Positions 8,600 to 18,696 are shown, counted from the stretch's first letter. The stretch is 64,000 nucleotides of DNA from Candidatus Magasanikiibacteriota bacterium (GCA_052034405.1 JBPOIO010000023.1:15340-79339); one strand, 5' to 3'. The notes: generated by a model not told the origin, from the letters alone. A program made the numbers and translations.

Positions 8600-10597
8600 A
8601 TGTTTGCATTTTTGAAAAAAAGAAAATTCAAAAAACTCCAACAGGCTTCTTGGGTAGAAGATTCTTTTACTTTTGAAAATGGAGTTGGTCGTCAAGTTGC
8701 ATTACCACAAAGCGATCAATTTTTTGGAAGAAGTACCTCAAACAAAAGTATCTTTTATCTTTTTTTATTTTTTTGTTTTGCTTTTATTTTGTTATGGTCT
8801 CGTTTGGTGCATTTGCAGCTTGTGCAAGGAGCCTATTATCGTGAAAGAGCAGATATCAATAGTGAACGTATTGTTTCTATCCCATCCGAACGTGGTATTA
8901 TCTATGACCGCAATGATATTCCACTCACTCAAAATATTCCAAGTTTTTCTCTTGCCATTTCTCCCCAAGATCTTTCTCGAAAGAGTGAAGAGTTGTCACG
9001 GGTAGCCAAGCGATTAGCAGAACTGACAGGAAAGCCAGAACAAGAAATTTCTTCTACCCTCAATGATTTTCGATCAAATAAAAATAAATATCGTTCACTC
9101 ATTATTCAAGAAAATTTAGATTATGATACGGCGCTCAATTTTCAAGTAGAAGCATCGGATTTGCCAGGTATTCATATTGAGCGTGGAAGTAAACGCCTCT
9201 ATTATGAAAGTTATTCTCCCAATTGGACTCCACTTTTAGAAAAAAATGCAACGACAACAGTGAGTAGTTTGTCTCATGTACTTGGTTATTTAGCAAAAGT
9301 AAGTCCGAGTGAACTTTCAACTCTCGAAACAAAGGGGTATCTTTTGTCAGATAGTATTGGGAAAAATGGAATTGAAAAATTTTACGAAGAATATTTGCGA
9401 GGTATATATGGAAAACGACGTGTAGAAGTAGATACCTCGGGTCGTCAACAAGTTGTGCTTTCCGAAGAGGCTCCAAAACCGGGGAATCATGTTATTTTGA
9501 GTTTGGATCTTAAAATACAAAGCAAGCTCGAAGAAATAATGAAAGCAAACCTTGCAAAATTCAACAAACAAAAGGCAATTGCGGTAGCCATGAATCCGAA
9601 TACGGGTGAAATTTTGGCCATGGTAAGTTTACCAAGCTTCAACAACAATGATTTTTCTGGTGGAATCACTCAAGTAAATTATAGCAAATATATTGAAGAC
9701 AAAGATTTGCCATTATTTAATCGTGCTATTTCTGGAACCTATCCATCTGGTTCTACCATCAAACCTGCTGTTGCCGCTGCTGCTCTGCAAGAAAGAATCA
9801 TCACCCCGAACACAACAGTACGAAGTAGTGGTGGAATTCAAGTTGGTCCCTGGTTTTTTCCAGATTGGAAAGCTGGTGGACATGGTATAACCGATGTACG
9901 AAAATCTCTTGCCGAATCGGTCAATACTTTTTATTATACAATTGGTGGAGGAAATGGAAATATTACCGGTCTTGGTGTTGATAAAATTGACAGTTATTTG
10001 AAATTATTTGGTATTTCAAGTGAGCTCGGTATTGATGTACCAGGTGAAGCTTCTGGATTTTTGCCAAGTAAAAAATGGAAAGAAGAAACAAAAAAAGAAC
10101 GTTGGTATATTGGAGACACCTATAATCTTTCTATTGGACAGGGAGATTTACTCGTAACGCCTTTGCAAATTGCCAGTCTTACTGCGACAGTTGCCAATGG
10201 TGGAACTTTGTATCAACCGCACCTTTTGAAGGCCCTCATGGATCCAATAAGTAAAAAAGAAACGCCATTTGAAAACAAAATTATTCGTAAAGATTTTATT
10301 GATTCTCAATATTTTTCGACTATAAGACTTGGGATGCGTGATTGTGTACTTGCAAGTTCATGCCGAAGACTTTCGACGCTCCCTTTTGCTGTAGCTGCAA
10401 AAACAGGAACGGCACAGTGGAATAGTAACAAAGAAAATCATGCTTGGTTTACTTCTTTTGCTCCTTTTGAAAAACCAGAAATTGTCCTCACGGTACTCGT
10501 AGAAGAAGGACGTGAAGGAAGTGAAACTGCGGCGCCTATTGCCTATGATTTTTATAAATGGTGGGGAAGCTATCACCCTGTGGATAAAGAAATTTGA
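8600..10597 (+). CDS. mrdA: Penicillin-binding protein 2 (elongasome transpeptidase)
   Basis: N-terminal TM and dimerisation domain. Transpeptidase motifs STIKP (SxxK), SxN, KTGTAQ. Synteny with mreBCD. Confidence 0.85.
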   Translation: MFAFLKKRKFKKLQQASWVEDSFTFENGVGRQVALPQSDQFFGRSTSNKSIFYLFLFFCFAFILLWSRLVHLQLVQGAYYRERADINSERIVSIPSERGIIYDRNDIPLTQNIPSFSLAISPQDLSRKSEELSRVAKRLAELTGKPEQEISSTLNDFRSNKNKYRSLIIQENLDYDTALNFQVEASDLPGIHIERGSKRLYYESYSPNWTPLLEKNATTTVSSLSHVLGYLAKVSPSELSTLETKGYLLSDSIGKNGIEKFYEEYLRGIYGKRRVEVDTSGRQQVVLSEEAPKPGNHVILSLDLKIQSKLEEIMKANLAKFNKQKAIAVAMNPNTGEILAMVSLPSFNNNDFSGGITQVNYSKYIEDKDLPLFNRAISGTYPSGSTIKPAVAAAALQERIITPNTTVRSSGGIQVGPWFFPDWKAGGHGITDVRKSLAESVNTFYYTIGGGNGNITGLGVDKIDSYLKLFGISSELGIDVPGEASGFLPSKKWKEETKKERWYIGDTYNLSIGQGDLLVTPLQIASLTATVANGGTLYQPHLLKALMDPISKKETPFENKIIRKDFIDSQYFSTIRLGMRDCVLASSCRRLSTLPFAVAAKTGTAQWNSNKENHAWFTSFAPFEKPEIVLTVLVEEGREGSETAAPIAYDFYKWWGSYHPVDKEI

Positions 10598-10666
10598 CGA
10601 AAGAACACTTTCAGGATACTATTTATTTATCCGCTCCTTGCGGATTTATTTTATCTTTACCCAAAT

Positions 10667-11140
10667 ATGACTGATGATACTACTCAATATATCTCTGCAG
10701 AAAAATTGCAAGCTTTGAAAGATGAATTCAAACAACTTCGTGATGTTCGTGTCCCTGAAATTGCCAAACGTATTGATGATGCACGCCAAATGGGAGATCT
10801 TTCGGAAAATGCCGAGTACCATGCTGCACGCGAAGAAATGTCTTGGACACAAAGTCGTATAAAAGAACTTGAATTTATTTTGCAAAATGCGCAAATTATA
10901 AAAAGTGGTGGAGATGCTGGAAGTAAAAACATTACTATCGGGGCTGTTATTGTTGTAGAAGTAAATGGAAAAAAACGTGAATATACCATTGTTGGTGGCC
11001 AAGAAGCAGATCCAACACTTGGAAAGATCTCCAATGAGTCTCCACTTGGTTTGGCATTTTTGGGGAAAAAGAAAGGGGACAAGGTTTCGGTAACAGTTCC
11101 AGCGGGAGTACAAACCTATGAAATTTTGGAGATAAAGTAA
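10667..11140 (+). CDS. greA: Transcription elongation factor GreA
   Basis: 157 aa. N-terminal coiled-coil with GDLSENAEYHAAREE. C-terminal FKBP-like domain. Confidence 0.9.
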   Translation: MTDDTTQYISAEKLQALKDEFKQLRDVRVPEIAKRIDDARQMGDLSENAEYHAAREEMSWTQSRIKELEFILQNAQIIKSGGDAGSKNITIGAVIVVEVNGKKREYTIVGGQEADPTLGKISNESPLGLAFLGKKKGDKVSVTVPAGVQTYEILEIK

Positions 11141-11187
11141 CCTAATTTAAGCCAAATTTTACCAGTACCTCCGCTTGTCGGGGGTAT

Positions 11188-11216
11188 TTGCGTTTTATAG
11201 GGCATTATGATACACT
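11188..11216 (+). promoter_or_regulatory. Candidate promoter TTGCGT-17-TACACT upstream of lysS
   Basis: TTGCGT 11188-11193, 17-nt spacer, TACACT 11211-11216, ATG at 11243. Third instance of the same motif. Confidence 0.35.
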
Positions 11217-11242
11217 TTTAACGTAATTTAAAGCAAAAAGCT

Positions 11243-12727
11243 ATGACTATTCCAGAAATAAATATTAATGACGAACGATCTGTACGTCTCGGGAAAATAC
11301 AGGAACTTGAAAATCGTGGAGTGAATTGTTTTCCTGCACGAGTAAAACGTGAACATACACTTGCCGAGGCTCTTGAATCTGCAGAAACAAGCATTTGTTT
11401 TGTTGTTGGTCGTCTCATGACCAAACGCGACATGGGAAAACTCGCTTTTGCACATATTCAAGACGAAAGTGGCCGCATGCAGATTGCCTTCAAAAAAGAC
11501 GATCTTGGTGCAGAGTCATATGATTTATTTGCAAAACTTATTGATACTGGAGATATTTTACAAGTAACTGGTGAAAAATTTATTACGCATAAAGGTGAAC
11601 CATCGCTCCTCGTAAAAGAATGGAAACTCCTTGCAAAAGCAGTACTTCCACTTCCAGACAAATTTCATGGACTTCAAGACGAAGAAGTTCGCTACCGCAA
11701 ACGTTATCTCGATTTTCTCACAAACCCAGATCAAAAAGAAAAAATCATGGTACGCGCACGCATGCTTCAATCACTTCGTGGATTTTTGAATCGCAAAGGG
11801 TTTATTGAAGTAGAAACTCCAATGCTTGAATCTGTGGCATCTGGAGCTATGGCAGAATCTTTTGATACCCATCTCAATGCCTATGATCTTGATGTGCATC
11901 TTCGTATTTGTCTTGGAGAATTGTGGCAAAAAAGATTGATGGTTGGTGGATTTGAAAAAACATTTGAAATTGGTCGCGCCTTTCGTAACGAAGGCGTGGA
12001 TCACCAGCACAATCCAGAATTTACCATGATTGAATATTACTGGGCATATGCAGACTACGAGGATAATATGCGACTTCATGAAGAGATGATTCCGCTGCTT
12101 GTAAGTGAAAGTGTTGGAAAACTCGTGATTGAATCCGAAGGTCATACGATTGATTTTACCGCACCATATCCACGCGTGACTTTTCACGATACAGTGCTTG
12201 AACATTCTGGTATTGATATTAATGAGTACATGGATAGTGAGTCACTCAAATCTGTGATGCGAGAAAAAGGCTACGAAGTAGAAGAAACTGCAGAACGTGG
12301 AAAGCTTCTTGATAGTCTCTACAAACAGTCTGCTCGTCCGAGACTTATTCAACCAACATTCGTACTTGAATATCCAGTAGAACTCAAACCTTTGGCAAAA
12401 AAAGCAAGTGATCCACGCTATACAGAGATGTTTCAATTGATTGTTCGAGGATTTGAACTTTCAAATTCATACACCGAGCTCAATGATCCAATCGACCAAC
12501 GTTCACGCTTTGAAGAACAGGCGCGTATTGCAGCAACCGGTGAAGAAGAAGTCATGGCATACGACCGCGACTATGTAGAATCACTCGAACACGGTATGCC
12601 ACCAACAACTGGTACAGGTATTGGTATTGATCGTTTTGTGGCACTTATTACTGGATCACATACACTGCGCGAGACAATGGCATTTCCGATGATGAAACCG
12701 ATTGTTGAAGAAGAGGGTGAAAAATAA
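11243..12727 (+). CDS. lysS: Lysyl-tRNA synthetase, class II
   Basis: OB-fold N-domain. Class II motifs FRNEGVDHQHNPEFTMIEYYWAY and GIGIDRFVALITG. Confidence 0.9.
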   Translation: MTIPEININDERSVRLGKIQELENRGVNCFPARVKREHTLAEALESAETSICFVVGRLMTKRDMGKLAFAHIQDESGRMQIAFKKDDLGAESYDLFAKLIDTGDILQVTGEKFITHKGEPSLLVKEWKLLAKAVLPLPDKFHGLQDEEVRYRKRYLDFLTNPDQKEKIMVRARMLQSLRGFLNRKGFIEVETPMLESVASGAMAESFDTHLNAYDLDVHLRICLGELWQKRLMVGGFEKTFEIGRAFRNEGVDHQHNPEFTMIEYYWAYADYEDNMRLHEEMIPLLVSESVGKLVIESEGHTIDFTAPYPRVTFHDTVLEHSGIDINEYMDSESLKSVMREKGYEVEETAERGKLLDSLYKQSARPRLIQPTFVLEYPVELKPLAKKASDPRYTEMFQLIVRGFELSNSYTELNDPIDQRSRFEEQARIAATGEEEVMAYDRDYVESLEHGMPPTTGTGIGIDRFVALITGSHTLRETMAFPMMKPIVEEEGEK

Positions 12728-12733
12728 AATTAT

Positions 12734-13339
12734 ATGAATATTTCAGAATATATCGCTCATATTGAAAGTATTCCATACATAAAGGATTATACTTTTCCAT
12801 GGGAAATAACTGAAAATTTAAAAGATATAATTATAAAATTACAAGCTATTCTCCCAAAAGATCAATATATTATTGAAGATAGTATCGCAATTCATAAAAG
12901 CGCAGAAATTGAAGATAATGTTACTATAAAACCATTTACCATCATTGGAAAAGATTGTATCGTTCGAGCTGGAGCGTATTTGCGAGAGGGAGTGCTTCTC
13001 GGAGAAAACGTTATCATTGGTGCAAATTGCGAAATCAAACAAAGTCTTATCTGTACGGCTTCTCGAATTGCTCACTTAAATTATATTGGTAATTCAATTA
13101 TTGGAGAAGATGTAAATATCGAAGCAGGGGCTATTGTGGCAAATCATTTTAATGAACGTGAAGATAAAAAAATTACTGTTGTTATCAATGGAAAAACCAT
13201 GAAAACAGGTGTAACAAAATTTGGATCCCTTATTGGTGATGGTTGTAGAATTGGAGCAAATGCTGTTTTAAATCCGGGAACAATTTTAAAACCAGAATCA
13301 ATTATTGGTCGATTGACGCATATAGATCAAAATGTATGA
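12734..13339 (+). CDS. Left-handed beta-helix (hexapeptide-repeat) protein, acyltransferase / GlmU C-terminal-like
   Basis: Repeated [LIV]G-x-x-x-x-I hexapeptides (IIGKDCIVRAGAYLREGVLLGENVIIGANCEI...). No nucleotidyltransferase domain. Confidence 0.6.
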   Translation: MNISEYIAHIESIPYIKDYTFPWEITENLKDIIIKLQAILPKDQYIIEDSIAIHKSAEIEDNVTIKPFTIIGKDCIVRAGAYLREGVLLGENVIIGANCEIKQSLICTASRIAHLNYIGNSIIGEDVNIEAGAIVANHFNEREDKKITVVINGKTMKTGVTKFGSLIGDGCRIGANAVLNPGTILKPESIIGRLTHIDQNV

Positions 13340-13755
13340 AAACTGTCATGATATTTGGCACATTTGACATTGTCCACCACGGACATTTGAATCTTTTCAA
13401 ACAAGCACGAAAATATGGTGATAGGCTTGTTGCAGTGCTTGCACGAGATGAGCGTGTGAAAAATATCAAATCACGAGAGTCAGTTTATAATGAAAAAGAG
13501 CGAAAGTATTTTCTTGAACAAATTCGTCTCATTGATACGGTTGTGCTCGGCGATACAAAAGATGTTTACAAACGGATTAAAGAAATAAAACCAAATGTTA
13601 TTGTGCTTGGTTACGACCAAATGCATTTTACAGAAAAGCTTGAAGAAAAAATACAAGAATTCAAATTAAAAACAAAAATCGTACGAGCAAAGGCATATAA
13701 GCCAAAAGTTCTCAAAACAGGAAAGATTCGTACTATTTTGGAAACTAAAATTTAG
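13336..13755 (+). CDS. Cytidylyltransferase-like nucleotidyltransferase (TagD / RfaE-domain-II / RibL-like)
   Basis: GTFDIVHHGHLNLFKQARKYGDRLVAV (the (H/T)xGH motif). 139 aa. Confidence 0.6.
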   Translation: MKTVMIFGTFDIVHHGHLNLFKQARKYGDRLVAVLARDERVKNIKSRESVYNEKERKYFLEQIRLIDTVVLGDTKDVYKRIKEIKPNVIVLGYDQMHFTEKLEEKIQEFKLKTKIVRAKAYKPKVLKTGKIRTILETKI

Positions 13756-13756
13756 T

Positions 13757-14788
13757 ATGCGAAAACTTCTTATTGCCACCAGTAACCCTGGAAAATTCAA
13801 AGAAATGAAAGAATTTTTCAAAACTTCGGGTTTTGAAATTGTTTCACTTTCGGATCTTGGCATCACAGATGCACCAGAAGAACCCTATGATGTTATTGAA
13901 TACAATGCCATGCTCAAGGCCAAATATTACGCTGAGAAGACGGGGATCCTATCACTAGCAGATGATACGGGTCTTTTTATCCCAGCGCTGAATAACTGGC
14001 CAGGAGCCCACGCAGCACGAATTGCAGACACGACAGAAAAACGTCGTGAAACAGTTCTTGAAAAAATGAAAGGAATAGATGATCGAAAAGCATATTTTGA
14101 AGTTGCTTTAGCTCTTTATGATCCAACAGAAAAATTGAGTTTTTTGAGTTTTGGCCGTGTCGATGGAAGCATTCTCGAAACTCCACAAGGTGATGAGACA
14201 AAAGGTTTTGGATTTGATCAAATATTTTTTTCGAATGAATTGAACAAAGCGTTTTCCGAACTTTCTGTTCAAGAAAAAAATGCTACTAGTCATCGAGGAA
14301 AAGCCCTGATCAAGATGGAATATTTTTTGAAAAAACAATTTGGCGCACGAAATATCGTTGTGCCTTGTGCCATTGTTATTCAGAACGGAAAAATCCTCAT
14401 GCAAAAACGAAATGACCCGCATCGACCAAATTATCACGAAAAATGGGAATTTCCAGGTGGGGGAGTAGATTTCAAAGAACAGATCATTGAAAATGTAGTG
14501 CGAGAGACAAAAGAAGAAACAGGACTCATTGTAGAACCACTCAAATTACTTCAGCATATTGCAGTAGAATGGCAAGAATATCCGACATTTGCATACCAAG
14601 TGTATTTGATTCCTTATGTTTGCAAAATTGTTGGCGGTGAAATAAATCCACGCGATCACGAAGTCCTTGAAGCACGCTGGTTTGAACTTGATGAAGTGTC
14701 AAAGTATCCACTCGTCGGAGAAAATGCACGTATGTACGAAAAATTTTTACCAGAGCTCAAAGAAGTAATCAAAGAACATAATTTATAA
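13757..14788 (+). CDS. Fusion of non-canonical purine NTP pyrophosphatase (RdgB/Ham1) and NUDIX hydrolase
   Basis: N-terminal half has LLIATSNPGKFKEMKEF and a SHRGKAL-type end typical of Ham1/RdgB. C-terminal half has Nudix box GGGVDFKEQIIENVVRETKEETGL. Confidence 0.75.
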   Translation: MRKLLIATSNPGKFKEMKEFFKTSGFEIVSLSDLGITDAPEEPYDVIEYNAMLKAKYYAEKTGILSLADDTGLFIPALNNWPGAHAARIADTTEKRRETVLEKMKGIDDRKAYFEVALALYDPTEKLSFLSFGRVDGSILETPQGDETKGFGFDQIFFSNELNKAFSELSVQEKNATSHRGKALIKMEYFLKKQFGARNIVVPCAIVIQNGKILMQKRNDPHRPNYHEKWEFPGGGVDFKEQIIENVVRETKEETGLIVEPLKLLQHIAVEWQEYPTFAYQVYLIPYVCKIVGGEINPRDHEVLEARWFELDEVSKYPLVGENARMYEKFLPELKEVIKEHNL

Positions 14789-14794
14789 TCGCAT

Positions 14795-15142
14795 ATGCTT
14801 GACAGAGAAATAAAAAGAGAAATAAGTCCTTCAGAATTAACTCTTCTTATCAATGAAGAATTTCAAAATACATCACCTGCACTTTTAGATGAATGGGTAA
14901 TAAAACTTTTGGCAGAACCTAAAAATCATCCGAGTGTACGAACAGCCTTTCAAGAATTATGGAATGAAAAAGAGGAGCCGTCGATATATTTTCTCAAGGT
15001 TATGGCAATAATTCATAATTCTCCCTTCAAAGATCTTTGTCTGCAATATTCAAAAGATGGAAAATTTGGAACTCAAGAAATGGGAATTCATGAAATGGGT
15101 AATATCATGACAAATTATCGACAACTTACTCAACAAATATAA
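14795..15142 (+). CDS. Hypothetical protein
   Basis: 115-aa ORF filling the gap between neighbours. No recognisable motif. Confidence 0.4.
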   Translation: MLDREIKREISPSELTLLINEEFQNTSPALLDEWVIKLLAEPKNHPSVRTAFQELWNEKEEPSIYFLKVMAIIHNSPFKDLCLQYSKDGKFGTQEMGIHEMGNIMTNYRQLTQQI

Positions 15143-15151
15143 CTTAAATAT

Positions 15152-16408
15152 ATGATTGATATCAAATTTATACGCGAAAATGTAGAACTCATAAAACAAA
15201 ATTGTGCAAATCGTCATGTGAAAGTGGATATTGATGCACTTTTGTCAGCAGATGAAGAACGACGAAATATTTTGAAACAAATTGAAGACCTTCGTGCCAC
15301 TCGCAATAGTGGATCAAAAGGAAAACCTACTCCAGAAGAAATTGAAAAAATGAAGCTTGTCGGGGAGGAAATCAAAAAACTTGAAGAAACACAAGTTGGT
15401 GTCGATACAAAATATCGTGAACTCTTGATGCAAGTACCAAACCTGACACATCCAGATACTCCAGTTGGTGGTGAAGATGCATTCAAAGTCGTATTTGAAA
15501 AAACAGCAACTCCATTTGCATTTACTCCAAAAGATCACGAGGCTCTCATGCTCGACCTTGATATGATTGACTTTGAACGCGGTGCCAAAGTTGCAGGAGC
15601 CAAATTTTACTTTGCAAAAAATGATTTGGTTCGCCTCAATCAAGCCCTTGTGAATTATGGCATGGATATTGTAAGTAAACATGGCTACACGCTCATGGAA
15701 ACCCCAGACATGGCTAAAGTAGAAATTCTTGAAGGAATTGGTTTCAATCCACGTGGCGCAGAAACACAGGTTTACTCTGTAGAAAATACAGATCTTTGTC
15801 TGATTGGAACAGCAGAAATTACGGTTGGGGGATTTCACCAAAATGAAATGCTTGACCTTTCAAAAGGTCCAATCAAATATGTTGCCCTGTCACATTGCTA
15901 CCGCACCGAAGCGGGCGCATATGGCCGCACGAGTAAAGGACTCTACCGCGTACACCAATTTGCCAAACTTGAAATGTTTATCTATTGCCGACCAGAAGAG
16001 AGTGAAGCCTTGCACCAAGAATTGCTCGCTATTGAACGAGAAATCGCAGATGGTCTTGGATTCCCATATCGCGTGATTGACATCGCCAGTGGCGATTTGG
16101 GAGGTCCAGCGTATCGCAAATACGACATCGAGGCATGGATGACCATGAAGGGTGAAGGCGAAAATCAAGGGGACTATGGTGAAATTACTTCAACGAGTAA
16201 TTGTCTTGATTACCAATCACGCCGCCTCAATATCCGTTATAAAAAAGAAGACGGAACAACAGAATTTGTACATACCCTCAATGGTACTGCAGTGGTGCTC
16301 AGTCGTTTTCCAATCGCAATTCTCGAAAACTATCAAAATGCAGATGGATCAATCACTGTTCCAGAAGCACTCCGAAAATATATGGGTAAAGATCTAATCA
16401 CAAAATAA
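15152..16408 (+). CDS. serS: Seryl-tRNA synthetase
   Basis: N-terminal coiled-coil arm. Class II core (FRTEAGAYGRTSKGLYRVHQFAKLE, GTAVVLSRFPIAILENYQ). Confidence 0.9.
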   Translation: MIDIKFIRENVELIKQNCANRHVKVDIDALLSADEERRNILKQIEDLRATRNSGSKGKPTPEEIEKMKLVGEEIKKLEETQVGVDTKYRELLMQVPNLTHPDTPVGGEDAFKVVFEKTATPFAFTPKDHEALMLDLDMIDFERGAKVAGAKFYFAKNDLVRLNQALVNYGMDIVSKHGYTLMETPDMAKVEILEGIGFNPRGAETQVYSVENTDLCLIGTAEITVGGFHQNEMLDLSKGPIKYVALSHCYRTEAGAYGRTSKGLYRVHQFAKLEMFIYCRPEESEALHQELLAIEREIADGLGFPYRVIDIASGDLGGPAYRKYDIEAWMTMKGEGENQGDYGEITSTSNCLDYQSRRLNIRYKKEDGTTEFVHTLNGTAVVLSRFPIAILENYQNADGSITVPEALRKYMGKDLITK

Positions 16409-16409
16409 C

Positions 16410-17129
16410 ATGCAAAATAAAACACTCGTCATCATTCCAGGTTGGGGAGGAAGCCACGAAACATGGGCAGATTTTATGAACCTCATGAAGCCCTATTTCA
16501 AAGACGTCGTTTGTATTGATCTCCCTGGATTTGGTGGAGTTGATACTCCCAAAACTGTCTGGGGAGTAGAACAGTACGCTGAATATGTAAGGCGAAAAAT
16601 TGAAAAGTTACCAGAGGGACCAAAAGTTATCATGGGACATTCTTTTGGGGGGCAAGTATCAGCCTACCTCGTCGCCAATAACCCTCAAGTTGCCCAAAAA
16701 TATATTCTTGTAGCCGGAGCTGTTTTTCGTCCATCTCGTCCTATTCGCCGCGCCTTCTTTTTTATTATCGCAAAATTTGGTAAAATACTCTTCAAGATAC
16801 CCGTGATTGAAAATGTTGCTATTTGGGCCAAGAAAATACTCTACAAAACAGCAGACTCGCCAGACTATGCAGCCACAAGCGGCATCAAACGCGACATCTT
16901 CAAAAAGATTATTCGCCAAGACCTCAGCGAGCAGCTTCCAAAAATCACCATAGCAACCCTAATTGTCTGGGGAACACTCGATAGTTATCTTCCTGTCAAA
17001 GACGCATACAGAGCACAAAAATTGATAGCGCATTCCAAACTTGAAATTATTCCTGGTGGTACACACGGATTGCACCTTCACCAAAAACAAAAACTCCTTG
17101 AACTCATTACTAAATTTGTCTATGACTAA
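16410..17129 (+). CDS. Alpha/beta hydrolase fold protein
   Basis: GHSFGG nucleophile elbow. C-terminal HG...H. Confidence 0.7.
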   Translation: MQNKTLVIIPGWGGSHETWADFMNLMKPYFKDVVCIDLPGFGGVDTPKTVWGVEQYAEYVRRKIEKLPEGPKVIMGHSFGGQVSAYLVANNPQVAQKYILVAGAVFRPSRPIRRAFFFIIAKFGKILFKIPVIENVAIWAKKILYKTADSPDYAATSGIKRDIFKKIIRQDLSEQLPKITIATLIVWGTLDSYLPVKDAYRAQKLIAHSKLEIIPGGTHGLHLHQKQKLLELITKFVYD

Positions 17130-18693
17130 TAGTGTCGTAGTCTCTGGTTTTCTTATTATCTGTGCCTGGATTACTACAGCTCTTTTTGACTATCTCTCCT
17201 ACGCTTATTTTTGGCAGCTCAAAGAGTATCGACTTGATCGTTTCAAAGACTTTCTCAAAAGTAACCAAGGTGAAGAAATATGGAAGGACCCGCGTTTTTT
17301 GTGGCGGGGAATTGGAGCACTCGCACTTCTTATCTCACCCATAGCCTATATCGCAATTATCGTTTTAAGCTTGGATATTCTTTTTCTTTTCTTTTCAAAA
17401 AGAAAATTTCGTCGCCCAGTGTTCACTAAAAAAAGTATATTGATCCTTCTTTTTTCACTCCTTGCAGAAGTTTTTCTCTTTCAACTTTTTCCACTCAATC
17501 TTGCCTTGGTACTTTTCCTTCGATTTTTTATTATTTCTCTGTTGGTATTTTTATTTTATATTCCATCACGTCTTGCAAAATTATTTTTCATTTGGCGTGC
17601 TAGTACAAAGCTTGCCTCATATAAAAACCTTGTCACCATTGGCATTACCGGAAGTTATGGCAAAAGTTCAGTCAAAGAATTTTCTGCACATTTTCTTTCT
17701 GCAGACTTCAAAGTTATAAAAACTCCAAACAATATCAATAGTGAAATTGGTATTGCCAAATTTATTTTGAAAACAGATTTTACTGGAATTGATTTTTTTG
17801 TCTGTGAAATGGGAGCTTACCGAATAGGAGAGATCAAAACGATCTGTGATATGGTCAAACCAAAAGTGGGAATACTCACAACTATTGCCGAGCAACATCT
17901 TGCACTCTTTGGAAGTATCCAAAATATCCAATCTGCCAAGTACGAACTTCTTCGTGCAATTCCAAAGGATGGTTTAGTTATTACCAACGCAGATAATCCA
18001 CTGTGTACAGAATTCCTAAAGGATTTAAACTGCAAAAATATTGAAACCTGTGGAGTCGAAGAACGAAATCATCCAACATTTTTAATTGTACGCAACGAAG
18101 CAACTATCAAAGGCATTGAATTTGAAGGGATTTATCATGGACAAAGAGGGGATATGAATATTCCGGTTCTTGGTGCTCACCAAGCCTACAATGCAGCTCT
18201 CTCAGTCATGCTTGCTGTTAATATGGAAGTTGATCCACAACATATTGTTGAAGCCGGCAAAACAATTCCTCAAAACCTTCAAGGAACACTCAAAAAATAT
18301 AGCTATGGAAAAGCTACTATCATTGACGATAGTTACAATTCCAATCCAGCTGGTTTTCGTGCTGCTATCGAAGTACTCTCCATGTTTTCTTCCAAGAAAA
18401 AACGTATAGTCATTACACGTGGTATGCTCGAACTTGGGGATCAAAGTGATGAAATGCATGAAAAAATTGGCGAAGAAATTTCTTATTCCTGTGATGAACT
18501 TGTACTTATTACTCCAGATTTTGTGGATTCTATCAAAAAAGGAATTCGTGAAAAATATCACACCACGGTTCAATGTATTTTTACTCCAGAAAAACTTCTT
18601 GAATATATCAAAACTCTTAAAACAGAAGATTGTGTTGTTTTACTTGAAAATCGTATTCCAACACGAGTCAAAGAAGAACTGCACAAATCCTAA
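17122..18693 (+). CDS. Mur ligase family protein (MurF-like) with an N-terminal ~190-aa polytopic membrane domain
   Basis: Internal ATG at 17122 after the hydrolase stop. N-terminal hydrophobic helices. Then GITGSYGKSSVKEF P-loop and Mur ligase middle/C domains (DDSYNSNP). Confidence 0.7.
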   Translation: MTNSVVVSGFLIICAWITTALFDYLSYAYFWQLKEYRLDRFKDFLKSNQGEEIWKDPRFLWRGIGALALLISPIAYIAIIVLSLDILFLFFSKRKFRRPVFTKKSILILLFSLLAEVFLFQLFPLNLALVLFLRFFIISLLVFLFYIPSRLAKLFFIWRASTKLASYKNLVTIGITGSYGKSSVKEFSAHFLSADFKVIKTPNNINSEIGIAKFILKTDFTGIDFFVCEMGAYRIGEIKTICDMVKPKVGILTTIAEQHLALFGSIQNIQSAKYELLRAIPKDGLVITNADNPLCTEFLKDLNCKNIETCGVEERNHPTFLIVRNEATIKGIEFEGIYHGQRGDMNIPVLGAHQAYNAALSVMLAVNMEVDPQHIVEAGKTIPQNLQGTLKKYSYGKATIIDDSYNSNPAGFRAAIEVLSMFSSKKKRIVITRGMLELGDQSDEMHEKIGEEISYSCDELVLITPDFVDSIKKGIREKYHTTVQCIFTPEKLLEYIKTLKTEDCVVLLENRIPTRVKEELHKS

Positions 18694-18696
18694 ATT

